DNA of 64,000 nt, from positions 1 through 64,000 of the IMG/VR virus record IMGVR_UViG_3300030294_000005. One strand, given 5' to 3'. The notes under the pieces were generated by a model, which had not been told where the DNA came from, searched no databases, and saw only the letters and a list, made by a program, of their open reading frames with translations. How positions within the stretch are numbered: the stretch's first letter is position 1; each line of letters starts with the position of its first letter. Below are positions 1 through 9,568 of this stretch, piece after piece. The position numbers were made by a program, and so were the translations under genes.

Positions 1-110
1 GCCCCTCAACCTATCTATCTGGTAAGGATGCGGTTAAAAAATATAAAGATGATGGATATATAGAAAAAGATAATAAGAAAGTTATAAGATTTGTAGAAGA
101 TCCTAAATAA
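1..110 (+). CDS. 3' end of an upstream gene (partial), ending ...KKVIRFVEDPK*
   Basis: Open frame from position 3 to TAA at 108-110. Confidence 0.6.
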   Translation, partial: PSTYLSGKDAVKKYKDDGYIEKDNKKVIRFVEDPK

Positions 111-127
111 CAATGAAGGTGAATTAA

Positions 128-955
128 TTGGATAAAGAAGTAGAATATTCGATATATGGAGATTGGGAAATGATAGAGCGTAATTCTGGAATTAAAAAAT
201 TTAATTCCATACTGGCTACTTATAAATGTAAAAGATGTGGGAATCTAAAAAATATGATTCCCTCTCAACTAATTCATTATAGAGTTGTTTGTGAAACTTG
301 TAAAAATAAATTCTATAAAAATCATTATATAGGAATGACATTTGGTAAATTAAAAATAGTAGAATATTTGGGTTTGAAAGATAAATATTATTATTATAAA
401 TGTATATGTTCTTGTAAAACAGATATATCGGATAGGGAATTTAGACTTTCTAATCTATTAAATGGCAATAGTGAATCATGTGGATGCGAACAAAATAAAC
501 AAACTCATGGATTAACAAATACTAGAATATATAAAATATATAGAGGAATGATAAGAAGATGTTATAATTTAAATGAAAGTAACTATGATAGATATGGTGG
601 TAGAGGAATATTTATTTGTGATGAATGGCTAATAGAAGAGAATGATCAAGGTCTTAAGAACTTTTATAATTGGTCTATTAGGAATGGATATAATGAAGAT
701 CTATCTATAGATAGAATTGATAATGATGGCCCATATGCACCATGGAATTGTAGGTGGACTACTGATAATGTACAAGCAAATAATACTAGTACAAATCATA
801 TTATAAATATTAATGGATATGATTATACTATATCACAGATTGCTTATAGATATTCTATAGAGTATAACTGGTTGTCAAATAAAATAAACAAAGGAATATC
901 TATAAATGAAATTATAAAAGATAAAAAAGAAAAACCTATACGTTTTATTGAATAA
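128..955 (+). CDS. Free-standing HNH-type homing endonuclease with N-terminal Cys-rich domains
   Basis: CKRC/CETC and KCICSC motifs, then HGLTNTRIY..GM..RCY, YGGRGI and SIDRIDNDGPY.PWNCRW...QANN (beta-beta-alpha-Me signature); paralogue at 62501. Confidence 0.8.
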   Translation: MDKEVEYSIYGDWEMIERNSGIKKFNSILATYKCKRCGNLKNMIPSQLIHYRVVCETCKNKFYKNHYIGMTFGKLKIVEYLGLKDKYYYYKCICSCKTDISDREFRLSNLLNGNSESCGCEQNKQTHGLTNTRIYKIYRGMIRRCYNLNESNYDRYGGRGIFICDEWLIEENDQGLKNFYNWSIRNGYNEDLSIDRIDNDGPYAPWNCRWTTDNVQANNTSTNHIININGYDYTISQIAYRYSIEYNWLSNKINKGISINEIIKDKKEKPIRFIE

Positions 956-975
956 AAATAGTAGAGGGTGATATT

Positions 976-1380
976 ATGGAATTTTTAATTATAGATGATG
1001 ATAATAGCAAGATAGAAAAAGTATCTAAATATATGGGCAGTAATACTTTATATGCTGCCCGTTCTTTTAATAGTGCATTACAAACTATATATGCCAGTAT
1101 ATGTACTAACATATATGATGGGGTTATATTAGATATGTCATTTCCTAGATTTGATAATGAACCATGGACTATAAAAAGTAATATGGGACTTCAAATACTA
1201 CATAGAATGAAGCATCGTAAAATAGATATTCCAGTATTAATATACTCATCTGAAAATAATAATGATACAAGTGAGTATAAAAATGTAAAAGGGTTTGTAT
1301 GCAATGATAATCATTGTATAGAGAAAGAGATTCTAGATTTTATTGATATATGCAATAAGATTAAAGAAAATAAATCATAA
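976..1380 (+). CDS. Stand-alone response-regulator receiver (CheY-like) domain
   Basis: FLIIDDD acidic pocket, VILDMSFP phospho-acceptor Asp, GLQIL helix, IPVLIYSS strand. Confidence 0.8.
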   Translation: MEFLIIDDDNSKIEKVSKYMGSNTLYAARSFNSALQTIYASICTNIYDGVILDMSFPRFDNEPWTIKSNMGLQILHRMKHRKIDIPVLIYSSENNNDTSEYKNVKGFVCNDNHCIEKEILDFIDICNKIKENKS

Positions 1381-1412
1381 CTGCATTATATTATATCAAA
1401 AGGAGTAAACTA

Positions 1413-1748
1413 ATGATTGAAGTTGGCAAAAAAGTAGTAATAAGAGATGCAATGGATAATAGCTTAATTGGTAAACCAGGAATTGTACAAGAGATGAGTG
1501 GAGGAGATAGTAGTAGTGGTCGTATTACATGTTGTAGATTAGAAATTGATGGTAAAAAAGGCTCATGGCTAAATGCATGGTCATTAGATAGTATTGAAGA
1601 AGTACTTGAAGTTAAAAACACATTATTCAATACATTTAGTTATGATGAAAGTAGGAGCACTGCTAAAAAACTTAGATATAAATATTTTGAGTTTAATGGA
1701 AATATTTATAATGTAGAGGATACTGAAATGAAAAGAATATTTAAATAA
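1413..1748 (+). CDS. Hypothetical protein
   Basis: ORF with AAGGAG RBS. Confidence 0.6.
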   Translation: MIEVGKKVVIRDAMDNSLIGKPGIVQEMSGGDSSSGRITCCRLEIDGKKGSWLNAWSLDSIEEVLEVKNTLFNTFSYDESRSTAKKLRYKYFEFNGNIYNVEDTEMKRIFK

Positions 1749-1771
1749 TAAATTAGCATACAAGTTAATAC

Positions 1772-1987
1772 TTGTATGCTAGAATATCTTTAAAGGAAGT
1801 GATATCAATGACTATTGGAATAAAAATAATGATATGTATAATAGCTTTACTACTTACTATAATAATGAAACGTGGAACACCAGCAAAAATTATGAGATAT
1901 GATATAATAGCATTTGTAATAATTTTTATAATTTATTTAATTATAATAGGGGTATTAGATATGGGTATATTTACCAAACTTGTTTAA
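1772..1987 (+). CDS. Small two-TM membrane protein (likely start ATG 1808)
   Basis: Two hydrophobic stretches; AGGAAG RBS before 1808. Confidence 0.55.
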   Translation: MYARISLKEVISMTIGIKIMICIIALLLTIIMKRGTPAKIMRYDIIAFVIIFIIYLIIIGVLDMGIFTKLV

Positions 1988-1999
1988 TCTAATTATTAT

Positions 2000-2020
2000 A
2001 ATTATATATTATAAATATGA
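2000..2020 (+). promoter_or_regulatory. Early (virion-RNAP type) promoter
   Basis: AATTATATATTATAAATATGA matches a consensus recurring upstream of about 17 accessory operons. Confidence 0.6.
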
Positions 2021-2052
2021 GTAATAAAAAAATTAAAGAAAGGTTGTAGTGA

Positions 2053-2514
2053 ATGAAAAATAAATCAACACTAATTTTAGTTATATCATTTCTTATATTC
2101 TTCTTTACACCGTTATCTAATAATTTTATATTTACTATTAGTATTACTCAATGGTTTTGTGTTTTATTCATATATTTTAAAATAAATAAAAGAGAGGCTG
2201 TACAAATGAAAGATAAAGCAATAACAATTTTAATTATTTCATCTATTATATTTTTATTAAGCATTGCTGGTAGTCATTATGTATTTGCTATTGGAGTAAC
2301 CCAGTGGGTTATTGTATTAGTTATAATTATGATATCAAAATTACATTGGTATCCATTAGATTTAATGAAGTTCAATGATACTAAATTAGATAAGGCATTA
2401 AAAGAACGAAAATATTTATCAGTTTTTGCTTATGCAATGTCTATGCCAGCTGTTGCTATAGGAGTTATATGGGTAGTAGTATTGGTTGTAATGGTTTGGT
2501 TTATTCAATTTTAA
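2053..2514 (+). CDS. Multi-pass membrane protein with an internal tandem duplication
   Basis: Two similar ~50 aa hydrophobic modules, each containing TQW. Confidence 0.6.
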   Translation: MKNKSTLILVISFLIFFFTPLSNNFIFTISITQWFCVLFIYFKINKREAVQMKDKAITILIISSIIFLLSIAGSHYVFAIGVTQWVIVLVIIMISKLHWYPLDLMKFNDTKLDKALKERKYLSVFAYAMSMPAVAIGVIWVVVLVVMVWFIQF

Positions 2515-2536
2515 AGATAAAAGGAGATGTTTTTTA

Positions 2537-2914
2537 ATGGATAATAATAAAGAAATTACTATAGGCGATAATAAATTATTAAACTCTAGTATTAATATTA
2601 GAATTGCTGAATTAAAAAAATTAAAAGCAAGTAATCCAGATTTAGAAAAAGATATTGATGAAAAAATCTGGGAATATAAAACAATGTTATATAAGTATCA
2701 ACAAGCTATTATGCCAGATCATGATCACGATGGACCAAAGTATATTAATGAAACTATTAAATCTGCCAATCCTAATAATAAAATAATAATAATGGAAGAG
2801 CCTAGCAATATTGAAAATATGCTTATACGATTTGCTAAACTTTTTGTACAGGATATGGCCAAGGGTGATAATCAAACCTTCATTCCTAAGATTATTGATG
2901 AAGTTAAAGAATAA
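2537..2914 (+). CDS. Hypothetical protein
   Basis: ORF with AAGGAG RBS. Confidence 0.6.
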   Translation: MDNNKEITIGDNKLLNSSINIRIAELKKLKASNPDLEKDIDEKIWEYKTMLYKYQQAIMPDHDHDGPKYINETIKSANPNNKIIIMEEPSNIENMLIRFAKLFVQDMAKGDNQTFIPKIIDEVKE

Positions 2915-2922
2915 AATATAAA

Positions 2923-2958
2923 AAACTAGTATCCAAATCGGATACTAGTTTATTTTTT
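2923..2958. terminator. Bidirectional intrinsic terminator
   Basis: AAACTAGTATCC-aaatc-GGATACTAGTTT stem with T/A tracts, between convergent genes. Confidence 0.7.
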
Positions 2959-2959
2959 A

Positions 2960-3781
2960 TTAAAAATTCTTATCGCAATAATTCATTATCTCATTCTGAA
3001 TATGAGATTCAAGATTTATAACTAAAATAGAACCATTCTTATCTACAAGTTGAACTCTTCTTCCTTTATCAACAATACCTATTGATTCATATAAAAGTTC
3101 AAACGATTCTAATACATTATTAAGATTACCTGATTCCATTTTTATATAATCAATAACTGATTGATTAGTTATAGGAATTATAAGTCCTGGATCATTATTT
3201 TGTAGTAATACGTTAGTACCGCTTATACCAGCAGATTCACTAACTACTTTTGTCATATATGCAGATTCATGTGATGGATAAATTACTCTATCCCATGTTA
3301 TGATTTTTATGTTCTTTACTTCAGCACCTCTACCTGTATTTTGTATAGTACCTAAAGCTCGTAATGACCATGATGGGAATTCTCCATCCATTATGTCATC
3401 ATTAAAATCTCTACCTAAATCATTATTACAGCCTCTAACATGAGCCATTATGTTGTTGCCATCAACCCATAATTTTAAGATCTTAGAACATGTATTATTA
3501 GGATCAATTGTTTGTTGTCGTCCTATATCTTTAAGCATTGGATGCCCATTTTCATTTTTCATATTACCTGTTTTTATTAATTCAAGAATTCTTGGACTTT
3601 TAGTTTCTGGTATTAATTCTTCTCCAGCATAGAATCTTCCATTTCTATTTTTTTTATTAATATCTTGTAATATTACTTCTACTGTTAATTTATCACTTTT
3701 ATCTCCAATGATAGTTGCTTCTTTTCTTTCAGAGGCAGCAGTTTCATTTATAATAAATCCTATTTTACTATCTAACATCAT
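2960..3781 (-). CDS. Prohead (core) protease, T4 gp21-like
   Basis: NRNGRFY, GHP (His), SWSLRALG (Ser) and WDRVIYPS motifs typical of gp21/S77 head-maturation proteases. Confidence 0.85.
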   Translation of the reverse strand: MMLDSKIGFIINETAASERKEATIIGDKSDKLTVEVILQDINKKNRNGRFYAGEELIPETKSPRILELIKTGNMKNENGHPMLKDIGRQQTIDPNNTCSKILKLWVDGNNIMAHVRGCNNDLGRDFNDDIMDGEFPSWSLRALGTIQNTGRGAEVKNIKIITWDRVIYPSHESAYMTKVVSESAGISGTNVLLQNNDPGLIIPITNQSVIDYIKMESGNLNNVLESFELLYESIGIVDKGRRVQLVDKNGSILVINLESHIQNEIMNYCDKNF

Positions 3782-3801
3782 ATACCTCCCTTTTACTTAT
3801 T

Positions 3802-3813
3802 TACTATGATGTT
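3802..3813 (-). promoter_or_regulatory. Late promoter AACA-N6-TA (protease)
   Basis: AACA-TCATAG-TA just upstream of the RBS. Confidence 0.6.
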
Positions 3814-3847
3814 ATTTTGATAAGAATTGTAAAAGCATATATTTTCA

Positions 3848-3925
3848 ACTATATACTATAAATATGAATAAAAGTTTAATAGTATCTTTTGTTTAAAAAA
3901 ATATAAACTATTTAATTTAAGGAGG
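3848..3925 (+). promoter_or_regulatory. Early promoter plus conserved structured 5' leader
   Basis: TATATACTATAAATATGAATAA, then an AATAGT...ACTATT stem ending before GGAGG. Confidence 0.5.
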
Positions 3926-3934
3926 ATTATTAAT

Positions 3935-4003
3935 ATGAAAAAAGTATCAATTCTTATTAAAAATATTCAGGAACCTAGAAAAAGAAGATGTGGAACAAAA
4001 TGA
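3935..4003 (+). CDS. 22-aa basic leader ORF (MKKVSILIKNIQEPRKRRCGTK)
   Basis: Uses the strong GGAGG RBS; its TGA lies 2 nt before ATG 4006. Confidence 0.4.
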   Translation: MKKVSILIKNIQEPRKRRCGTK

Positions 4004-4323
4004 AAATGCAAATTGAGTTATCAGAGATAGAAGAGTTTGCTAGAAACAAGATGCTCTTTGATGCTGGTAAAGTAATAAACAAAGACATAATGAATATGTT
4101 TATGGATATTACTAATAAATGTACTCAATATAGTTTTGGTAAAATATCTATTACTGAAGAATCTATTATTGTAGATATTGATCCAAAATGTTTTACTGAA
4201 TTTTTTGAATTACTAAATAAATTTCTAGTATTAATATTACCATCTGTTGAATATGGTATGGAACTAGGGGATATGGTAATAGAATCGATGCAATTATTTA
4301 ATAAAAAATGGGGAGGAAAATAA
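3988..4323 (+). CDS. Hypothetical protein, tandem paralogue 1 (likely start 4006)
   Basis: Shares a G.I(S/T)....KCF..F..(L/I)L......W pattern with the next ORF. Confidence 0.6.
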   Translation: MWNKMKMQIELSEIEEFARNKMLFDAGKVINKDIMNMFMDITNKCTQYSFGKISITEESIIVDIDPKCFTEFFELLNKFLVLILPSVEYGMELGDMVIESMQLFNKKWGGK

Positions 4324-4325
4324 TA

Positions 4326-4694
4326 ATGAGAATTAAAATTGACATGACAATTAAAGAGAGGGAGCATTTATTTAAATTATGTAGTTTGTTAAAAATTAAG
4401 ATGGCTCCTACTAAAGGAAAGTGGGGATGTATAACTCCAAGTTATGCATTTGTTGAAGAAAAATGTTTTATTGATTTTATAAAAATCCTAACAGCAATGG
4501 CACCTAAGATTATTAGTTTGTTTGACTTTGTATCAGCATTGCTTCCAATAATCAAAGATGCTTTTACTAAATTTGGTAATACATGGTATACTGATACTAC
4601 AAGTGTATCAGCAGTTGAATTTGATCAATATCAAACTGAATCAAATCCTGAAGATAAAAAACAAAGTAAGGATAAAGATAAAAAGAAATCTTAA
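4326..4694 (+). CDS. Hypothetical protein, tandem paralogue 2
   Basis: GGAGG RBS before ATG 4326; similar to the previous ORF. Confidence 0.6.
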   Translation: MRIKIDMTIKEREHLFKLCSLLKIKMAPTKGKWGCITPSYAFVEEKCFIDFIKILTAMAPKIISLFDFVSALLPIIKDAFTKFGNTWYTDTTSVSAVEFDQYQTESNPEDKKQSKDKDKKKS

Positions 4695-4751
4695 TAAAAA
4701 AGAGATAAACTAGTCATTGCTAGTTTATTTTTTATTTTTTATATATCTTCC

Positions 4752-4763
4752 AACATTATAATA
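4752..4763 (+). promoter_or_regulatory. Late promoter AACA-N6-TA (helicase)
   Basis: AACA-TTATAA-TA. Confidence 0.55.
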
Positions 4764-4784
4764 ATTAGAAAGAGGTGAGTTTAT

Positions 4785-6362
4785 ATGCCAAGAATTATAG
4801 TTAAACATTCTTCTATAGTATTAGAAGATTATAAATTGGGAGATTGCCAGAAATTAGAAAATTATTTTATGATATATAATCCTGTTACTCATGATTATGA
4901 ATATAGAGGATTAGATTATTCTGAAGAAGAAAATAGATTAATAATACCAAGAGGAATAGATGTTAATTTTATAGAGAAGTTAGTTGGAGTTACTGCAACT
5001 CTAGATACAAAATATGATGACTTTACTTATACGGATCAAACTATGATAAAGTTTCTTCCTAGAGATGCTACACAAAAACAAGCATTAAGATTTACATTAG
5101 GTGAAGGAGAATATAAGACTAATAAATTAAAGTCTCAATTATGTTTAAATCTTTCAACTGGTAAAGGAAAATCATATGTTGCTATAATGACATTGGCCTA
5201 TTCATCTATGAGAGGCATTGTTATAGCATCATCTCTAAATGTACTTCAACAATGGAAGAATTATATATTAGAATATACGGATATATCTGCTAAACAAATA
5301 TTTTTACTATCAGGAGTTGGTAGTATATTTAGTTTATTAAGAAAAGATATTTCTACTTATAAAATTATATTAGCATCGCATAATACAATAAAATCATATG
5401 GTGATACATATGGCTGGGATAAAGTTGGAGAATTATTTAAGTTTATGAAGATAGGAATTAAGTTTTATGATGAAGCACATCTTAATTTTGATAATATATA
5501 TAAGATAGATTATCATACTAATACTAAATATACTATGTATATAACAGCTACTCCAGCTAGGAGTAGTAAAGAACAAAATTTTATATATCAACTATACTTT
5601 AGAAATGTTCCATCAATAAATTTATTTGATGAAGATGAAGATCCACATACTAAATACATTGCTATAAAATATAATAGTCATCCATCTCCAAGAGATTTAA
5701 GTACATGTAAAAATCAATATGGTTTAGATAGGAATAAGTATGTAGGATATATTATTCAAAATGAAAATTATTATAAAATGCTTCATATAATATTAGAATT
5801 AGCATTGAAGCACGATGGAAAAAATCTATTTTATATAGGTACAAATAATGGTATAAAAATTACTAAAGCTTGGATCATAGAAAATTATCCAGAGTTAGAA
5901 CCTATGATAGGAGTTTATACTAGTGATGATTCTTTACGTAATCCTAGTGAAACAAAAGATCAACAATTAGATAAAAAGATAATATTATCAACTACAAAGT
6001 CATGTGGTACGGCTATGGATATAAAAGGCTTAAAAATGACTGTAGTACTAGCTGAACCATTCAAATCTGAAGTCTTAGCAAAGCAAACTTTAGGTAGAAC
6101 TAGAGACAGAGATACATTCTATATAGAAATAGTAGATGCAGGATTCTATCATATTAATAAATATTATAATCAGAAAAAAGATATATTTACAAAATATGCA
6201 ACGGAATGTTCTGATATATTTATGAGTGATGCTGAATTAGATAGTAAGGTTGCTAATATACTTAATAAGAGAACATTAGCTAGATTGAGAGGTTTAAGAG
6301 TTTCTCCTATAAGATTCCTTGAAGATGAAGAAAAAATAAGAGTAATTAAATTTGTAATATAA
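4785..6362 (+). CDS. SF2 DNA helicase (UvsW-like)
   Basis: Walker A STGKGKS, DEAH, TATP (motif III), QTLGRTR (motif VI). Confidence 0.9.
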   Translation: MPRIIVKHSSIVLEDYKLGDCQKLENYFMIYNPVTHDYEYRGLDYSEEENRLIIPRGIDVNFIEKLVGVTATLDTKYDDFTYTDQTMIKFLPRDATQKQALRFTLGEGEYKTNKLKSQLCLNLSTGKGKSYVAIMTLAYSSMRGIVIASSLNVLQQWKNYILEYTDISAKQIFLLSGVGSIFSLLRKDISTYKIILASHNTIKSYGDTYGWDKVGELFKFMKIGIKFYDEAHLNFDNIYKIDYHTNTKYTMYITATPARSSKEQNFIYQLYFRNVPSINLFDEDEDPHTKYIAIKYNSHPSPRDLSTCKNQYGLDRNKYVGYIIQNENYYKMLHIILELALKHDGKNLFYIGTNNGIKITKAWIIENYPELEPMIGVYTSDDSLRNPSETKDQQLDKKIILSTTKSCGTAMDIKGLKMTVVLAEPFKSEVLAKQTLGRTRDRDTFYIEIVDAGFYHINKYYNQKKDIFTKYATECSDIFMSDAELDSKVANILNKRTLARLRGLRVSPIRFLEDEEKIRVIKFVI

Positions 6363-6371
6363 TATTATTTC

Positions 6372-6454
6372 AATTATATATTATAAATATGAATAAAAGT
6401 TTATAATAGTATCTTTTATTTATAAAAATTAAAAAACTATTTATTTTAAGGAGG
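6372..6454 (+). promoter_or_regulatory. Early promoter plus conserved structured 5' leader
   Basis: AATTATATATTATAAATATGAATAAAAGTT...ATAGT...ACTATT...AAGGAGG. Confidence 0.55.
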
Positions 6455-6462
6455 ATATTAAT

Positions 6463-6843
6463 ATGGAAAAGACAATTCAAGAACCAATTAATTTAGCACA
6501 TGTGTATTCACAGAAAACATTAAATGAGGCTAAGGGTATAATATGTAATTCATTAAATAATCTATTTGGTAAAAATGTATTAGAACTCAAGAGTTCTATA
6601 GCTGAGGTTTCAAATGCAAATATGGGTGGTGTAAATAATCAGGTAATCAATTATGATTTACTTACTGGTAAACCATATTATCCAAATCAACAAGTTGCAC
6701 CACAGAACTTAACTGGAGCTAACAATGAAATGCCAACAACATTAATAACAAATCAAACCGATGATGTTAATAGTGATCTTTATCTAAGTATAGATAGATT
6801 GAATAAACTTGCACCAATAACAATTGATGAAGATTTAAAGTAA
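6463..6843 (+). CDS. Hypothetical protein
   Basis: ORF with AAGGAGG RBS. Confidence 0.65.
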   Translation: MEKTIQEPINLAHVYSQKTLNEAKGIICNSLNNLFGKNVLELKSSIAEVSNANMGGVNNQVINYDLLTGKPYYPNQQVAPQNLTGANNEMPTTLITNQTDDVNSDLYLSIDRLNKLAPITIDEDLK

Positions 6844-6896
6844 AAATTAAAGATAATATGGAAGCAATTCCATATTATTTTTTTAGGAGGTAAGAT

Positions 6897-7664
6897 ATGG
6901 AGGTCATAAAATTTATGCATCAGCAATATGAGAAGATATCCGATGATGTATATTATATAGGAAATAATGCGGTTTTAAAATTTAATGTATCATTGGCTCA
7001 TAAAGCAGAAGATGGTACTAGATATCCATATCATAAGGAATATGAATATTCATCAAGCAAGTATTCAAATATAGATTACAATCTAGTAACTATGAAAAGG
7101 AACTTTGATTATTTTATTTCTATAGAAAATGCAAAAAAAACAGATAGCAATGATAAAGAATATATTATGATACGTATAGAAGATATGTATTATGTACTTA
7201 ATCAATTAAAAATGGCATATAGATGGTTTACGGATAAAGAGTTTATTAACTTGTATAAATATGATGATAAGAAGAAAATGATAATATTTAATAGACCAGA
7301 TTCTATATGTATAAGTAATTTAGCTATGGATAAATATATTAAACTGGACCCTATAGTATTAGAATATTCTAATGGAGTTCAACAGGGTGGAATAAGAATG
7401 ACATTATCTAATGAAGGTAATTATGTAGATATTGGTATTCCAAAATTTGAAGGATTATTATATACATTAAGTACATTTAATATGTATGAGTGTGCTCAGA
7501 ATGTTATTAATTATCTTCAAAGACCTGAGTTAGGTACAAACTCTTATAAATTTAATAATGCTCAAGACACATCTAATAGTGGATATGTTGAAGGTGGAAA
7601 CAATAGACAAATAAAAGCTAATTCAAAGGGTAAATCATTCTTTGATAAAATGGATGAAATATAA
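6897..7664 (+). CDS. Conserved jumbo-phage hypothetical protein
   Basis: ORF with AGGAGG RBS; globular composition. Confidence 0.65.
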   Translation: MEVIKFMHQQYEKISDDVYYIGNNAVLKFNVSLAHKAEDGTRYPYHKEYEYSSSKYSNIDYNLVTMKRNFDYFISIENAKKTDSNDKEYIMIRIEDMYYVLNQLKMAYRWFTDKEFINLYKYDDKKKMIIFNRPDSICISNLAMDKYIKLDPIVLEYSNGVQQGGIRMTLSNEGNYVDIGIPKFEGLLYTLSTFNMYECAQNVINYLQRPELGTNSYKFNNAQDTSNSGYVEGGNNRQIKANSKGKSFFDKMDEI

Positions 7665-8043
7665 GGTGGTGTATAAAATGAGAATTAGAACTTTAATAAA
7701 AATGTATAATAATAAATTAGAGATCTATAGTGATGAGACTATTGATTTTACATTTGATATAATTCATAATAAAGTAGCTAAGACTATCATATATCATAAA
7801 GATGACGATAAATTTAAAGCTATTTTAATTTTACATGATGGAGATGTAATACACATCAGTGGTCTAATAAATTCTTATGTATTTATTAAAACAGATAATA
7901 CTAAATGGATTGTTCATGGTACTATAAAAGATAAAATATTAAAAAATAATAAGAAATATTTATTAGCAATAACTCCTGGATCAGCAATAAATGGATTATT
8001 TCATAATATTCAAAAACAGATAAAACTAGAGAGCGATCTCTAG
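7642..8043 (+). CDS. Hypothetical protein (likely start 7678)
   Basis: AAGGTGG RBS precedes ATG 7678; stop codon lies inside a terminator stem. Confidence 0.55.
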   Translation: MIKWMKYKVVYKMRIRTLIKMYNNKLEIYSDETIDFTFDIIHNKVAKTIIYHKDDDKFKAILILHDGDVIHISGLINSYVFIKTDNTKWIVHGTIKDKILKNNKKYLLAITPGSAINGLFHNIQKQIKLESDL

Positions 8044-8052
8044 TTTTATTTT

Positions 8053-8703
8053 TTATTTAGTTTTATATTCTTTAATTTGAAAACTATTAATTAATTTATT
8101 CATTGGTTTAAATGTTTCGGTTCCTATAGTGGTTGAAGTAGTTAAATCATTAAGATTGTCAAATCCATATAAATCTATATCAGCTTTATTAGGTACTAAT
8201 CCTCCAGATAATGCTAATGGAATATATATCTTATTACTTGCATCATAATATGCTGGTTTAATAGAATAATAGGTTGAATATTGTTTAATTAGATATAGAT
8301 TATTACTTATTTTAATTGTTTGATATCCAAATATATTACCCATAGTACCAGATAATTTTAATTTCCAATTAACGTCAGTATATGATAATAAAGTTTTACT
8401 TACATATAATGAAAAATCTTTTATTATAGCACCATTAGCAATTTGACCATATCCACAATTAATATTTAGATTAGATACTAATACATTTGATGAAAATATT
8501 AAATAAGCTGGAAACATATAAGTTCTAGCCCACCATGAAGTGCCTGAACCATTAAATATTCCACTTCCATTATAAGAATCATATGCATTAACTGATACAT
8601 ATTGCAATCCCGCATTAGCAGTAGTTGTATTTATTAAATTTAAAACTACCATATCAAGACTAGTTTGATAAATACTAGTTATTTTTAGCATGTAATAATA
8701 CAT
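8053..8703 (-). CDS. Hypothetical protein (possibly structural)
   Basis: GGAGG RBS; co-oriented with the upstream late gene. Confidence 0.55.
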   Translation of the reverse strand: MYYYMLKITSIYQTSLDMVVLNLINTTTANAGLQYVSVNAYDSYNGSGIFNGSGTSWWARTYMFPAYLIFSSNVLVSNLNINCGYGQIANGAIIKDFSLYVSKTLLSYTDVNWKLKLSGTMGNIFGYQTIKISNNLYLIKQYSTYYSIKPAYYDASNKIYIPLALSGGLVPNKADIDLYGFDNLNDLTTSTTIGTETFKPMNKLINSFQIKEYKTK

Positions 8704-8717
8704 AGATTATTCCTCCT

Positions 8718-9494
8718 CTATACTGTATACATTATAGGCTGATTTTGATTACCAGCTGATACGTAAGATTCTTTCAATGTAGCCATTACATCATCTCTCT
8801 TAGAAGCTTTATCTTGTAAATCTGATAATTTTAAATCTATATTTGCATATACGGTTTCTAATTGATCATACCATTTTAATTCATTATATAAATATCCAGC
8901 AACATCAGCAGTTGCTAAATCTTCAAAAAGTTCCATTTGTGTTGGAGATATAGTCATTAGATTGTCTGGATGTTTTAAGAAAACATCTATTTTAAATTCA
9001 GGAACTGTCATTGACATATCTGCTCCAGCTGAACTTAATAATTTAACTTTATTTGGAGCTTCAAATTCAAGAAATATTCCATTATTAAATAAAGATACCT
9101 GATCTGCTTTCATTTGAACCATTGCAATATCATCTAATGCAAATGAACTTGCATTAGCAAAGAAATCATATATACCAAATGATTGTGTATTAGATACTGA
9201 ACTTGCACCAAATTCTTGCCATCTTATATCCCTTACTCCTAGTATCTTCATATCACTAGGTATTAAATCTTCATCAATTAAAAAATATCCATTCTTTCTA
9301 TTTGATTGACTTAATGTTACTGGAAATTTATGAGGTATATATCTACTAAAAGTTGTTAATGATAATAAACTTATTATATCAGGCCATTTATCTTTTCTAA
9401 GATATTCTGGTAAATTTAATGGTCTAGTCCCAAGTTTAATTTCTATTTTTGAAATTAATTCACTCATATTATTAGTGTATGCCATATTATTCAC
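8718..9494 (-). CDS. Conserved virion structural protein (possible neck/head-completion)
   Basis: AACT-N6-TA late-type promoter upstream; resembles conserved jumbo-phage structural proteins (recognition only). Confidence 0.4.
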   Translation of the reverse strand: MNNMAYTNNMSELISKIEIKLGTRPLNLPEYLRKDKWPDIISLLSLTTFSRYIPHKFPVTLSQSNRKNGYFLIDEDLIPSDMKILGVRDIRWQEFGASSVSNTQSFGIYDFFANASSFALDDIAMVQMKADQVSLFNNGIFLEFEAPNKVKLLSSAGADMSMTVPEFKIDVFLKHPDNLMTISPTQMELFEDLATADVAGYLYNELKWYDQLETVYANIDLKLSDLQDKASKRDDVMATLKESYVSAGNQNQPIMYTV

Positions 9495-9568
9495 TCTCCT
9501 TAAGTTATTATATTGATTATTATATAGTTTAAATATAAAAACTATAATTTGTAAGACTTAATCATTAT

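Noticed and set aside
128-955. The free-standing HNH genes (also 62501-63406) as intron-encoded
   Set aside because: No P/Q/R/S elements or interrupted host gene flank them.
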